From Camelus dromedarius (taxonomy: Eukaryota), in contig NC_087449.1 of assembly GCF_036321535.1 (NCBI RefSeq), positions 51,336,001 through 51,400,000 of the forward strand: a stretch of DNA of 64,000 bases. Reading direction: 5' to 3'. This document shows, in pieces, positions 43,318-57,400 of the stretch. The number at the start of each line of letters is the position of its first letter. Within the stretch, counting starts at the first letter, position 1. The notes under the pieces are model-generated. The model did not search any database, was not told where the DNA came from, and saw nothing but the letters and a program-made list of their open reading frames with translations. The translations under genes and the position numbers were made by a program.

Positions 43318-43505
43318 GGCAGGAGGGTATAGCTCAGTGGTAGAGTGTGTGCTTAGCATAAAAAAGAATAAAATAATGCCATTTGTAGCAACATGGGTGA
43401 ACCTGAAGATTGACATTCTAAGTGAACTGGGCCGGAAAGAGAAAGAAAAATGCCATATGATATCACTTATTTGCGGAATCTAAAAAAAAGGACACAAATG
43501 AACTA
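43318..43505 (+). mobile_element. SINE head (~42 nt) fused to an L1 3'-region fragment
   Basis: GGAGGGTATAGCTCAGTGGTAGAGTGTGTGCTTAGCAT directly followed by AAAAAGAATAAAATAATGCCATTTGTAGCAACATGG...CACTTATTTGCGGAATCT. Confidence 0.8.
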
Positions 43506-43819
43506 CTTACTGTTTATAACTAAGATGATTGATTTTTTGAATATAGGTAAGCACATTTGACTGTCCTTTATGATTGGATTACTGCCTTCTGTTGATTCTT
43601 ATTTTGTGGTTGGCTTTATTCCTTTGAAAACTATGTAAGTTTAAAAAGCTTAAGCTCTAATCTATTCTTAGAAACAATGATCAGTACAGACATGTAAAAC
43701 TAAAATGTGCAGTATATTGTATACATGTATTTACATGCAATATGAAGTATATGTGCAAATTGTAATAATTCTACTTAATAAAACTGAAAAAGAAAAAAAA
43801 GAATTGCTATGACAGTCTA

Positions 43820-45050
43820 CATTTTAGAACGGTAACTCTAGTGGCAATACTGGAGGATAGATTGGAGAGACAGAAGTTATAAAGTCCCATTAAAGTACGC
43901 TGGCTTTGAAGTTGCATGGTAAACAAGGCAAGGGGAGATAAAAGAATCAGAAGACATTTCTGAGGTAGAGAATGCATGGAACTTATTGTCCCACTGGGCT
44001 TTTGAGGTAAGAGAGGAACTTGCATATAATACTAAAATTTCAGACTTGGGAGGCTGAACATATATGGTGGTCTCTAATTCTGATAATTGAGAAAGTAGGC
44101 TGTACAGGTCGAGAATAAGGTCCACGTGGAAGGTATAAGTTGCCTGGGGAGCTTTTGGGTGTATATATGTCTAAACAGTAATTGGATAGAGGGTTGGATT
44201 CCAGCAAGAAATCCAAATTGTAGATAAAGACTTAGAAATTGTTGCAGGGAGGGAGGGTATAGCTCAGTGGTATAGCACATGCTTAGCATGCACAAAGGGT
44301 CCTGGGTTCAATCCCCAGTAACTCCTCTAAAAATAAATAAATAAGTAAAAACCTAATTACCACCCCCCCCCCCAAACAAACAAGTTGTTGGAATAAGTGG
44401 TAATTGAAGTCACCTTGGGAGAGCAGGGAGAGTGATGAGAGGACATGAAAACCCAACATTTAAATGGTGGTCAGGGAAGAAGCCAGCAGGACAGAGGAAG
44501 CAAGATCAGAGGAGAACCAGAAGAGAGTATGAGGTATCTGAGAAGCCAAGGAAGAAGTTTTGAGGACTGGGACATGGCCCACAGTATCACATACTGCAGG
44601 GTAGTCAGATATACTGAGCTGAAAACAGGCTTTGGATGTGGCAGTTAACTGAGGAGTCACTGGTGACCTCGGGGAAAGCCATTTTATTATGGATTTAGTT
44701 TAGATTTTAATGAGTTGAGTGAACATGGCTTTAGGAATGGAAAACAGTGTGTACAGACCAGAGGTCCTAAAATGGTATCAAGAAGCCTACTTCTTTTTCC
44801 TCCATCTATCACTCATTAAGCTCAGCTGCTTTGACTGTACAGGAATTTAAGTTGTTCAGTGTTAGAAGAGATTACCTGTACGGAGTGTAGGAAAAGCAGG
44901 AGATAGAGCAACAGGGAAGATTGTTTTTCTTGTTGGACAGGAAGGAGATAAACACTGATCAAGGCAATGAATGAATGAAAGAATGGTGTGTGTGTACACC
45001 AGTATCAGATGCAGGGAAATTGAGAGTGTTTGTTCCTGTCATATGGCCTC
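43820..45050 (-). mobile_element. L2 fragments (ends approximate)
   Basis: Purine-rich antisense L2 pattern (GGAGAAAGTGATGAGAGG, GAAGCCAAGGAAGAAG, GGTCACTGGTGACCT). Confidence 0.6.
44247..44382 (+). mobile_element. Camelid SINE inserted in an L2 region
   Basis: Full head and tail; approximate TSD AA(A/G)TTGTTG. Confidence 0.9.
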
Positions 45051-46244
45051 TATGCTTTTATGAAGGAGGCAAAAATCCTTGGGGGAAGAAATTAATGGTA
45101 CCCTTTAGACAAAGGAGATAGATGGAGCAAGTGGTCCACGTTGCTTGTTGTTCCCTGATTTTCCCTTCATGCCTCCTTGAGCTGGAATTGAAACTGGTTT
45201 AGGCTGTTTTGGCTTCAGGGCTTGGCTTTTCTTGTACATCCTCATCTTTTATAAGAACACTTCCTATCCCATCCCCTTCCATTCAATATCCACTGGACTT
45301 GCCCTTTCTGATAGTTGTTTTCCAACCTCTCCCTCTGCAATTGCAGTCCTCCTTCTCCTGGGGTACGGTAATCGAAATTCATAAGGACCCTAAATTCATT
45401 CAGTTTCAACAAACACTAGGCAATATGCATCTTCAAAACACCCTTCTGGAGACAATGCGTCACCTCAAAAGGGTCAAGGAAGTTTGAGGACTCTTTTGGA
45501 AGGCTAGGAGGAGGAAAATATGGGAGCAGGTGGAGCCCAATGACAGAAGCAGTTCTGACTCATGGTTTCTCTTAACCTTTGGTAAAGGGTGGTATCCTAA
45601 TGAAGTCAGTCTCTGAAGTGACAAGTAGAAAGTGAGTCATTGGTGGGGCTGCCCGGATTGAAACTGGGTTGCTTGCCAGTGAGGAGTACATGAGCTACAG
45701 ACTGTCCTATTGTGATGTCAGCCTGAGGTCTAATAATGTGGTCCATATGCAGTAAGTCCTTATAGAGACAACTGATTGGGATGCAGTTGCTTGTCCTTGA
45801 ATATATGAAGAGTGAGTGCATAATTTGCTTTGATTTTGGGGAAGTCACTTTACCTCTCAAGTTCTTTAATTGGTAAAATTTTCACTTACCTCCCAGACTA
45901 GGTGGGAATAGGAAGACCTAGGGCTGTATCTGCTACATAGTGTGGGGGTCACAGTTGGCTTCCTCTCTGCAGCTTATTCTTTTTCCTCATGTGTGCACAG
46001 ATAGACAGATCTTTGTCTCTGACTACATTTAATGTTCTTACCATAATTTTTTCTTTCTCATCTACTTCTCATTAGGGTGTCTAGCAATATTTTAGTGATC
46101 ATTATTAAGCTACCTTAAATCTTTTGGAATAAGGTAGAAGATAAAAAATAAGTATTTCACACCAGAACAGTATAGTTTGTTTTTTTAATTCTAAAATACA
46201 TTAATAATTAATATTGATAGGAAGACTGATATACAATGCAATTA

Positions 46245-46311
46245 TTTATTTTACAAGGAGATTCTGTACATCAGGGAAGCATTTTGAAGTACAATACATC
46301 AGGCTTTTATT
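46245..46311 (-). terminator. Candidate PHACTR4 polyadenylation signals (AATAAA at 46306-46311 and 46245-46250)
   Basis: TTTATT twice on the + strand. Confidence 0.55.
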
Positions 46312-46981
46312 TCTTCTTTACATTGTGATTGTGAATTGTTACTTACATGGAAAGAGAACATAAAAAACCCACTTTATATATATTTATATAAAAACACCTG
46401 AAAAGACTTGACCCCCCCAAAGTATCCTGTTTCAAAAGAACATGAATGAGATGATAATGAACTAGATTCCTTGGTGGCACATAGAAAACAGACAAGTAGC
46501 TCAGGAAATCAAATCCTGTTTCAAGCTTGGCACATTAAGGGAAAGAAAGGCAGTGAAAGAAGAGCTTGAAAAATGTCAAATGTCTGAAGGCAGAGAATGC
46601 TCGCATAAGCCAAGTAGTCTCCAAACCAACAAGACAGAAAGGTTAGAAGTCAAGTTAGCAGTTAATGTGTGGCCACCTTATATACAGACCTCTAACAATT
46701 TGTAATTGTCACTTATCTTTCCTCAGTCACACCAAATGTTAATGAGCTTCAAGGAGATGTGGGCCCAGTGTATCTCCATAGCCATGAAGCATCTGATGTT
46801 ACTGAGAAATCCAAATACCTCCCTGTTCCCCATACGAAGAGAAGATATTACCTTTTAAGGTCACTTTAGCTTTTTTGTTTTGACCTGATATTCTGATTAG
46901 TCAGCAAATCTTACATGGACATGAAAGGAGAAAAAGAGAAAAAAAATCTACTGAAAGATCACACACAGAATAGGGACTGCA

Positions 46982-47020
46982 GTCTACGGCCATACCACCC
47001 TGAACACACCCGATCTCGTC
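46982..47020 (+). pseudogene. 5S rRNA 5' fragment (nt 1-39), tailless retropseudogene with 15-bp TSD
   Basis: GTCTACGGCCATACCACCCTGAACACACCCGATCTCGTC matches the start of mammalian 5S rRNA with two G>A changes at CpGs. Flanked by AGAATAGGGACTGCA (46967-46981) and AGAACAGGGACTGCA (47021-47035). Confidence 0.93.
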
Positions 47021-48435
47021 AGAACAGGGACTGCAGAAGGAGTCAGAAGAAATCTAAAAAATAGCCACAATTTTCTGAACATTCAAGGGAAAAAGCCACA
47101 TTCATCAGTTAAATAGAAACTATTTTTTTCCTTCCACTTAGTGTAGATAGGAATTAGAGGGAAATAGTAAGGCTGTATGGTTTTCAATAAAAATTCAAAG
47201 AAAGTAACTGAATCTTCTGTTTTAGGAAATCATATTAATATATATTACAAATACAAAAAGGAGTGGGAGCTGAGCCAATGCCCAGGCACCAACTACACTG
47301 GCTACAGCTTGGAAGAGGAGGGGTGAGCGAGGTGGAAGCTGCCAGAGAGGATAAGCAGGAAGACGAGGGCTGGAGTCAGGAGGGAGAGCACAGGAGGCGA
47401 GCACATAGCACTGAGGGACAGACAGGGGCAGTGGGTCATGATCTTGCCCCTCCTTGCGTCTCCAAAGACCCCTGGGGTGATTCTGGCTGGAAGTGTGGGG
47501 GCTGACAGCACACAAATGCTCCCACAGGGTTGCAACAACTCTGCTTTATGGAGAGAATGCATCTCTTGGTTAGAATGATTTAGGGTATCATTTGGTACAA
47601 CAAAGTACAACAGCCTATAAAATTTAAGCCATGAGTCAGTTCTCTGCCAAGTTGGCTTTAACATAAAGGCCTTTCTTGGTTTTGTTTTTATATATAGAAA
47701 ACATACATGCTTTCTTATTTTTCCAACTTGGAATCTGGTTGCAGTCCAGATTGCCTGATAGGAAAAACATAAGTTCCCATCATTCCTTCAAGATACCTTA
47801 AAAAAAAAAAATCAGAATGACTTCTGCCCAAGGGAAGAACACACCAGGTCCTGAGCTGCTCTCGGGCTGGGCTGCTGGGGGAGGACTGAATGCTGTGTTA
47901 CGGGAGGTATAATACAATACTTTCAACTGACACACCAGTGTGGTGTGAAGGCTTCCCCTGGAGGTGGGGGCCCCTTTTCCAGAAGGTTTTCCCTACTACC
48001 AGTTAGATTTGATGGCTGGAATTTAGTGTCCACATAGGTGGGTCTCAAACCAGGACAGGGCAGGTTAGGCTAACAGTGCAAACTGTGCCTCAGCACAGGC
48101 AGTCATCTTGGGGTGAGGCAGAGGTGCAGCCAATTAAACTTGGAACCTGCAAGTGAGCCAGAACATTGGTGGCTGGTGAGGGAAGACCCCTCAAGTATGC
48201 TGCAGTTCAAAAGCACTGACAAAGTGTTCAGTTTTGACTACGGCACACATTAGAATCCATTCCAGTGAAATGCTACATTCATAGAAGTGCTGTTCACCCC
48301 AGAACTGTATCCCGGAGGACTCAGCTCTGGCTGTGCTGAGAAGTGCTGAAGTTCCCTCCACGTCGCTCTGGAGACTGAAGCAGCAAAGCAGTCCTGTTCT
48401 GGGGGGTTGTTTAGATCCTCTCTCAAACTTCAGCT

Positions 48436-48451
48436 TCATGGACGGTGGTAG
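48436..48451 (-). CDS. PHACTR4: PHACTR4 last coding segment (YHRP-stop)
   Basis: CTGTTTTAG|C TAC CAC CGT CCA TGA; phase completes the Arg codon of the previous exon. Confidence 0.93.
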
Positions 48452-51400
48452 CTAAAACAGATGATCACAAAGAGCCGAGTCACCAAATACTGCAGACTGC
48501 TTTGCTGTAACAGTTGACCCTTAAACAACAAGGGCTAGAACTGTGTGAGTCTACTTCTACTCAGATTTTTTTCCAATAGTAAATACCACAGAGCTACATG
48601 ACTGAATAGGATGCGTAGGAAATGGAACCACGGGTACAGAGGAACCGCATATATGGAGGGTCAGCTATGAATTATACATGAATTTTCAGCTGAGGGTTGT
48701 GGGTGCCTCAGCCCCTGCACTGTTCACATGTCAACTGTATTATCTTAAAAGTAATGAAATGTTATGTTCTAATATTGAAAAACTGCCTCTCCTCCACTCT
48801 AACTCTACCTGCCCTTTCTGTAGCATCTGATACTCCTGACCCTCTTCTTTCTTGAAACTTTTTTTTTGACTTCTGTAATACTATCTTTTCCCTAGTTTTC
48901 CCTCTTTTCAATTGTTTTTCCTCAGTATGCTTCCCTGGTTCATTTTCCTCCATCCACCGTTTAAATACAAAACACTTTTCTCCTGAAGAACCACTATCTT
49001 TTCTTGCAAATTTGAAGCTTTATACCTTTTCTCCCTGGAGTCTAGGCCGAATAGTCAACTGTCTTCCAGGCAGCTTCACTGCAATGTGTCACAGGCTTGT
49101 CAAACTCAACATATATAACTGACTTTCCAGTTTATTGTCCGCCTTCCTCTTTTAGAATAAAAGCTCCTTGAGGACAGGGACTTTATCTCGTTCTCTGCTA
49201 TATCCCAAATACCTTGCACCATTATCTATCAAGTACTATGTGCTGAAAAAATATTTACTGAATAAATGTCCTAAACTATTCACTTACTGACTTCATAGAC
49301 CTCAAAAATTACAAGTTAGACATCTAAGAGTTATTTTGACTACTTCCTTTAATTCATCCCTGGAATCAACAGATTGCCAAATCCTGTTGATTCTATACTT
49401 GAAATGTCTTTCAAATCTATCTTCCCTGTTCTGAGCTAGCAGCATGCTATGACTATTTTAGTTGCTTCCTAACTGGCTTCTTAGCTGCTGTTCTCTTCAT
49501 CCTTCCAAATCACCTTCCATAGTTCCACCGGGGCTTGTTCCCAGATACACAGAACTCCAGTGGTTCCAATATCCTAGCATAACAGTCAATGCTCTTCAGA
49601 ACATGACCGTAACCCATCTTGCTAGTCTCACCTTCACCACACTGCCCTCACCCCTCCTCTGCTCCAGCTCCATTTTCTGTCAGAAACAGCATGCATTTTT
49701 CTGCTCCCAAAGTCTTGTTAAAGCTGGTCCTTCTGCTTACCATGTTCCTTCCCTCCTTCTTGTCCAAAAGAATCCTTTTACATACTTTAACATCCAGCCT
49801 AAACGTCACCTTCTCTATGACTTTCCTTTATTGTTGCTGACTATGGTACTTTACTACTATAAAATGTTACTAATAACACTAAAAACAGCTAACACTGCCA
49901 TAGCTAGGACATGGTGGACTTGGGATGCTAAACCTGGCAGATTTGGGACTCAGAATGACTGGGGCATTTATCATATTGATTGTACACAGGTTTTCCCAAA
50001 TTAGACTACAATCTCCTTGCTAGCAAGTATGGTTTCTTATTTGAGTTCAGTGCCCCGAATTATGTTACTGCTGTTCAAAGAATCTGGCTTCTCTACACAT
50101 CTGAGAGCTCAGTACAAACAAATTCTATAGTTAAAATAACCATTTGCCTGTACTGTGATGGAAAAATATTTAATAATATCTTACTTTCCAACTTTGTTTG
50201 TTCCTTCTTTTTAGAGCAAACTGTAATTGTCATTGTATTTTCTTTCATTTAGCCTCTCCGTATAAAGGTTCCGAGAGTCATCTAGACACTTTCACTGATT
50301 CCATTTGTGGCTGGCTGAGTCTTCAGGTATGGGCTGGGTCCTCAGTCACTACAGTAATTCCAAACCAAAATGCTTCTTGGCTTGTTTCATGAAGACAGTT
50401 AATTAAAACAAAGTTGACAATTGAATTGGTAAGATCAACTTAGAAAAGACTGAAACCAGAGAGGGCAGGATCTTGTCCAGCTCAGCAACAACTTCCTCAT
50501 CCATAACCCGGACAGTGAGGTGCAGAGATGAGAGCACCCAGTGGCTTTTTAGTCATTCCTTCCTTTCCCCATGTCCTAGCAGGTCAAGCAAGTTATTTAA
50601 CCCTTTTGAGCTTGTTTCTTTATCAATAAAACGGGGATCTAAATACACCTGGCATCTTTGCTGCAAGGATTAAATAAGATAATATACATAAAATGCCACA
50701 GTCAGTATAGGCATGAGCTCTTAGTTCTTTCTCATCCCTTTCCCTCAATGTAGTCTTCTTGCAGTTAACCCTGCAAGTGCTGTTCTTTTCACATCACTAG
50801 AGTCCTTCCTCGCTGAATACCCCTAGTATGTCTACTTTTTGGTTAAGCTCTACTTAGCTCAGAGTATTTGGGTCTTACCGTGTAAAATGTTTGCTCTCTT
50901 CATGAACTTCCATCTCTGAGCTTTTAAATTCATTTAATTCTTTTCTTATGGCAGCCTGTAGAGTAGAAACAAATGTTTCAGCATCTTCTGTCTGTTATAG
51001 CATAGCAGTGTGATTTGCCATCTAATCTCTATGGTGCTTAACTGTGTGAGTGACTGCAACCCGCAGGAGGTTGCCCGGGGGAGGCAAGAAGCCAGGTCAA
51101 CACATTGAGTGAAGCTCTGAGCCCAAGGCACACTGCCTTCCCTGACACCCTTCATCTCATAATAAACTGAAAATCTCCAGTTAAATCAAAACACTTGAAG
51201 AGCTTAAAAGAAATATTATAGCTTTTATAGTTTCCACAGCATGTAAAATAGCTTTTCCTGTTATAAAAGTGAAATATGGGTAATTACTAAAATATACCAT
51301 TCAAACTCCCTCCAACCAAACAGAATGACTGTTAAAAATACATATTATTTCCTTCCAGATTTTTATACTCTGATACAGCAGGGATTTTTTTCTCTTTCAT

Positions 51401-54400
51401 TTTAGGTGGTGGTGGTGAAGTTATTAGTATAAAGTTTTGGTTTGTACATCTTGGTATTTTGTATCTTGATTAGACTCAGAAGTGAAACTGTTTATGGTTC
51501 CCCATTCTAGTTAGTCTTGTATGCTTCAAAGAAAGACAGACAGACAGATGACAGATACCTTGTCAGCAGGGGTCAGTTTGGTCCAAGGTTTGTCAGCTCT
51601 CCGATCATAATCGTGGGCATCTGTTACCTCCACATATTCATTAAACCTCAGAATCTTCCTGGCAAGTAGTTCAGCCACAGTTGGCCTTTGACTGAGCTGA
51701 AAGAAACGGAGCCTCTTAGTTCTCTATGCCAGGAGTTAGGAATCAATCATGCTCTCAAACTGCCTCTAATCCAGTGCTTCTGCCTTTCACTGCATATTGG
51801 AATCACCTGGGGACCTTTAAACATGGCTGACCCCTGGGTCTATCTTCAGAGACTTGGGGTATCAGTTTTTTTTTTTTCTTAAGCTCCATAATGCACAGCC
51901 AAGATTGAGAAGCACTGCTATAAACCAGTGTAACCAGTATAACCAGTGCTTCTCAAACTTTAATATGCATACAAACCATGTGGGGATCTGGTTAAAGTGT
52001 AGAATCTGATTAAGCAGATCTGGGGTGGGGCCTGAGACTGCAGCTCTTACAGGCTCCCAGGTGATGCCAATGCTTCTGGTCTGTGGACCACATTTTGGGT
52101 AGCAGAAGTGTCAGGGCTTTAAGTTCGTATCTAATAATTGTAAAGTGAATACATTTAATATGCAAGCAGTATCTAGTGTGGGTAATATTAAGGGTGAATT
52201 TCCTTTCAACATGGATAATGCCCAAGGTACCAGATTCTGTAACAAATTATGATTTAAGGTTGAACAATCAGGTAACTTGCTCGACCTGAAGGCATTAAGT
52301 CCAGACACGGCCTCTAGGCACCCTCACTCTATCAAGGATAATTCCTCTGGTCCTGGGGAAGGGGAGCAGTGGGAGAAATTCAGGAAGAAAATGTCTAGAT
52401 TCCTTGCTCTCCTGGGAATTCTTATACATTTCAAGAAATATCTAGAGAAACTCAGACCAACTCCAAAAACCTACAGGAAGTAATTACTATTATGGAGGGA
52501 CGGAAAGGAAAAAGGGTTTAATCCCAGAGTTGAAGGATTTACCCAAGTCTGGTACAGAAAAGATTCTACCCTAATTGATCTGGGACCAATGAGAAAATCC
52601 TATTTGTTTTTTTCATATTTTTCAGGTGTTACTAAGGGTAAGTTTAGTTCTTTCCCTGATTAGAAAACAATCAGTTTGCCTTGCAAAACTGAATGCTCCA
52701 CAGCCTCCTGCTACAGTCTCATACTTCAAGAGGTGTTAAGAATCTACAACAAAACCCCTGGTCTACCAAATAAAAGGTCAAAACTTGTCCAAGTATTTAC
52801 TGAGCACCTTCTTGTGCAGGTTTTTCTAAACAGTAAAAATGAAAAAAAAAGTTCTTATAATGTTATATTGTTTTCTATATTTTCATCATGTGTTGTATTT
52901 TCATATCAATCTATAGCAATTCAAGTCAAATTCATTTCTTTCCAAACAGGTCAAATACAAGACGGGCAATGTACCTTTCTAGTAAGTCGACGCTTAATCT
53001 CTCGTTTTTCTGCCTGACGATCAGCTTCATTTTTAGCTACAGTTGACAGAAACAAAGATTATTACTTCAAAATGGTAATTTGCATATCAAACTTTTCAAT
53101 AATTACATGGCAAGTATTTCTTACAGGCTCCACATCAGAATGAAATACTAACTTTGGGAATGGCTAATCAAGATAATTTTCTTGTCAACTGGCATAGTCA
53201 AATACTTAAGAGCATGGGTCAGCTAACTATGGTACCAAATCAAGCCAGCTGCCTGTATTTTTCCTGCCCATAGCTAAGAATGATCTTTACATTTTTAAAT
53301 GGTTACATTTTGAATGGTTTGATAAGTACTTACATAATAGTTTCCTTTTGCTTTTTGGCCTGCAAAGCTGAAAATATTTACTATGTGTCCTTTAAGAAAA
53401 ACCTTGCATATCTTTGCTCAAGAGTAACCATTAACAATGGAGGAAGGAGATCATACTAAGTTTCATGTCATACGTCTATAATGGTTCCCATACTTTAAAA
53501 TGTACTTAGTGACTAAGCTGTGCGTATTCAAACAGTGATGAGAAAACGGGATGGGCTGGTCAAGCTGAGTATGCCCACAAGTAACTCTATGAAGCCTAAT
53601 CCTCTTCAGTGTGGAGGGTTCTAAAAAAAATTAATTAACTTTTAATTGAAGTACAGTTGATTTACAATGTTAAGGTGGAGGTTTTTAAGGACAAATTTCA
53701 CTCTATAATCTATAGAAATAAATCTATACTAGATTAGAATGCTACTTCAGAACGTCGACTATATAAACAGAAAGCAAATTAATTACATTACATATTTTAT
53801 GACTTCAGAGGTATGAAAGTCTTAAGAGATGAAAAAGCTGCACTTGGGACTTGCTTTGGGCACAAACCCTTAGGCTCCACTAGCAACAGGAAGGTCCACT
53901 CCAAATGCACAACCCCCTCAAAAAGCCCAAGGTAGGCTCAAGATACGGTGAGAACATTAAAACGTAATTTTCTGGAGTATCCCAGTACACTAAACAATAC
54001 ATAATGATATCTTGTAAAGGAAGCTTGGAAGAACTTTGTTTCTTCAGGGAAAAAAGTATGAATAGTCCTTCCTTGGCTAGAATATTCTCTCCTCAGCCCT
54101 TGTAGAAAATGCTTCTCTTTTCTGTTATGCATGTTAAAGTCAGATATACAAAGAAAATCTATACAACTTCATTTCCATGGCTGGACTCACGTTGTAGTAT
54201 GTTTCGTTGTTCTAGTTCTTCTGGTGTTGGTCTTTGACTCAGTCGTCTAAAAGGGAGATAAGATTATTTCTACATTAAACCTCCTAATATTGTTTACAAA
54301 GATCTGTTTGGTCTTAGTTTATATTAGCCCCTACTCTAGAAAGAAATCAATACATATTCAAACTTTTGATATTTCATTTTTTATCTGATTCATTGTTTAT

Positions 54401-57400
54401 GAAACAATTTTCATAATGAAAGTGTTAATACAGAAATTACAACATAAAAAGGAATTGTACATGCAAACAGGAGGCTGGGATTCTAGTTCTAGCTCTGACA
54501 CTTAACAAGCCCTATCACCGCAAAAAAGCTCAGTCAGACCTTGAGTGTACTCATGTGTAAAATAAAGATTTGAACGGGACTGGTGGCTCCCAAACAGATT
54601 TCCTCCTTCAGCATATCTGTTAACAAAGATCCTCAAGGATACTAACAAAAATTCTGATTCAGGAAACCAGGATGAGAACTAAGATGATACATATGTATAT
54701 TTACAATGCTTCCCGTATGACTCTGATGTCCTGTCTTGATTTTTAAACCAGTAGTTTAGGAACCACTGGAATTAAAGATTGTCTTTTTTTGAAGTGATAT
54801 TCTGTAAATCTACGATTTTAATTTCTGTCCTCTTTGAAATATCTGAAGCTTCTCATCGCATCCACAGTTATGAGATGTTATTCAATAATGACAACTTGTC
54901 ATTTCTGCAATCAGAAAGTTCTTCATTTCTTAGCTTTAACGCATCCTCAGACAGTGTTTGAACTACATGCTAGTAACTCTTTAGTTGCATGGAAAACTCC
55001 CAGTCCCATTTTATATACAGTTTACAGGTTTATGTATTTCAAAGTCACTCAGAACAAGACCTTCTTTCTTCAATGTTCATAAAACAAACAAACAAAACCA
55101 CACATAACAAAAAAACCCACAAAAACAGAAAACAACAAACCCTACAGCTTTAAGATGTGACATACAATAAACTTCATGATTTGATAGTTTGACATATGTG
55201 TGTACCTGTAAAACGATCACCACAATCAAGAAAAGGAACATATCCANNNNNNNNNNNNNNNNNNNNNNNNNNNNNNNNNNNNNNNNNNNNNNNNNNNNNN
55301 NNNNNNNNNNNNNNNNNNNNNNNNNNNNNNNNNNNNNNNNNNNNNNNNNNNNNNNNNNNNNNNNNNNNNNNNNNNNNNNNNNNNNNNNNNNNNNNNNNNN
55401 NNNNNNNNNNNNNNNNNNNNNNGCTTCTAGTGGCTGCCGGTAGTCCTGGGCATTCTTTGGCTTGGAGATGCATCACTCCAGCCTGCCTCCTTAGCCACAC
55501 AGCATTCTCTCTCTGTGTGTGTTTGTGTCTCTGTGTCCAAATTTCCCTCTTCACATGAGGACACCACTCACTGGATCAGAGCCTACCCTAAACCAGTATG
55601 ACTTCATCTTAAATTGATTATATCTTCATAGATGTTCCTTCTAAATAAAGACACATTCACAGGTACCAGAGATACAACTCTACAACCTCCCTGACAAAAA
55701 TCTCATTTCCTTTTGTAATCTCAACCTCATTACCTGCAGGCAAACATTGATTTGCTTTATTCAATTTCAATTTAATTTCTTCTTGCCCCCAGGCAAACAC
55801 TGACCTGCTTTATGTAACTATAAATTAGTTTTCATTTTCTAAAATCTTATAGAAAATCATATAGTATATACTTTATTTGTCTAGCTTCTTTCAGTCAGGA
55901 TGATTGTTGAGATCCACCTAAGTTGTGGCATTATAATAGTTCATTTCTGTTTCCTGCTCTGTAGTGTTCCATCACATGACTATGTTCATCCATTTGTCTT
56001 TTGATAGATATTTGGGTTGTTTCTATTTTTTTTTGGAGGGGGGACTATTACAAACAACAATGAATGGAATGGCTGGATCATACATTGATTTTCTTTAAAG
56101 GAACTTACAAATTGCTTTCCAAAGTAGTTCTACTATTTTACATTCTACTACCAGTGTATGAGAATCCAGCTGCTCCTCATCCTTAGCAGCTCTTAGTTTT
56201 ATCAGCCTTTTAAACTGCAATTTTAGTNNNNNNNNNNNNNNNNNNNNNNNNNNNNNNNNNNNNNNNNNNNNNNNNNNNNNNNNNNNNNNNNNNNNNNNNN
56301 NNNNNNNNNNNNNNNNNNNNNNNNNNNNNNNNNNNNNNNNNNNNNNNNNNNNNNNNNNAATCTTCTGCTCCCCCCACCTTTTAAATTAAAAGTGGGTTGT
56401 CTGTCTTCTTATTGAGTTTGGAGAGTTCTTCATATACTCTAGATATAAGACCTTTATCAGATACATGGTTTGAAAATATTTTCTCCCGGTTTGTGGCTTG
56501 TTTTTACATTCTCTTAACAGTGTCTCTCACAAAACAAAACTTTTTAATTTTGATGAAGAGCCATTTATCAATTTTTTCTCTTAAGAATCATGCTTTGAGA
56601 TAGTATCTAAGAATTCTTTGTCTAACCCATACTCTTTTAAAAGTTTTAAAGTTTTAGCTCTTATATTTAAGTCTATGATCCATTTTGAATTAATTTTTAC
56701 ATATGATACACAGCATGAATTGAAGTTATTTCTGTGCCAGCACCACTTGTTGAAAAGATCATCCTTTCTCAATAAAATTATCTTGTATCTTTTTCAAAAG
56801 TGAGTTGTACATATACGGGTGGGTCTATTTCTGGCTCTCGCTTCTGTTCCATTGATCTACTTGTCTATGTTTATATCAATATCATACTGTTTAGGTTACT
56901 TTAGCTTTATAATATGACTTAAAATAAGACAGTGTTAATCCTCCAAGCCTGTTCTTTTCCCTAGTTGCTTTGTATTTCCATAAGAATTTCAGAATCAGTT
57001 TGTCAATTAAAGCCCACTCAGGGGTATTTTGATTGGAATTCTGTTGAATCTACTGATGTCTTAATAATACTGAGACTTCTGATCCATGAATATGTTATTT
57101 CTTTACATTTATTTAGGTCTTCTTTACTTTCTTCAGCAGTATTTTATACTTTTCAGTGTACAGGTCTTACACAATCTTCTGTCAGGTTTATCCTTAAATT
57201 TTTAAAGATATCTAATGCTACTGTAAATGGTAATCTCTTATATTTTTACATTTCAGTTTCAGACTGTTCATTGCTAGTGTCCAACAAGCTCTTCCAAAAA
57301 GATTATGACTTGGAAAAAACACTCAGAGATGAACAACTAGCTTTGCAGTAAAGCAGAAAGCAATCTATTATGAAAGATACCCAATCTTGGATGAAATGTT

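Larger units (their letters stand above)
46225..48435 (-). other. PHACTR4: Predicted PHACTR4 3'UTR (end approximate)
   Basis: Runs from the stop codon to a cluster of minus-strand AATAAA signals in AU-rich sequence. The cleavage site cannot be read directly. Confidence 0.65.

Noticed and set aside
46982-47020. Functional 5S rRNA gene
   Set aside because: Only 39 of ~120 nt; lacks the internal A/C-box promoter and terminator.
49462-50004. 180-aa + strand ORF
   Set aside because: Non-ATG start, antisense to PHACTR4, overlaps decayed L2-like sequence; no domain.
51551-51558. Possible U12-type donor GTATCT in PHACTR4
   Set aside because: The U12 consensus is GTATCCTT; this reads GTATCTGT, and I saw no TCCTTAAC branch site. 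Treated as an ordinary U2 intron.
56965-57351. 128-aa + strand ORF
   Set aside because: Antisense reading of an old L1 fragment.
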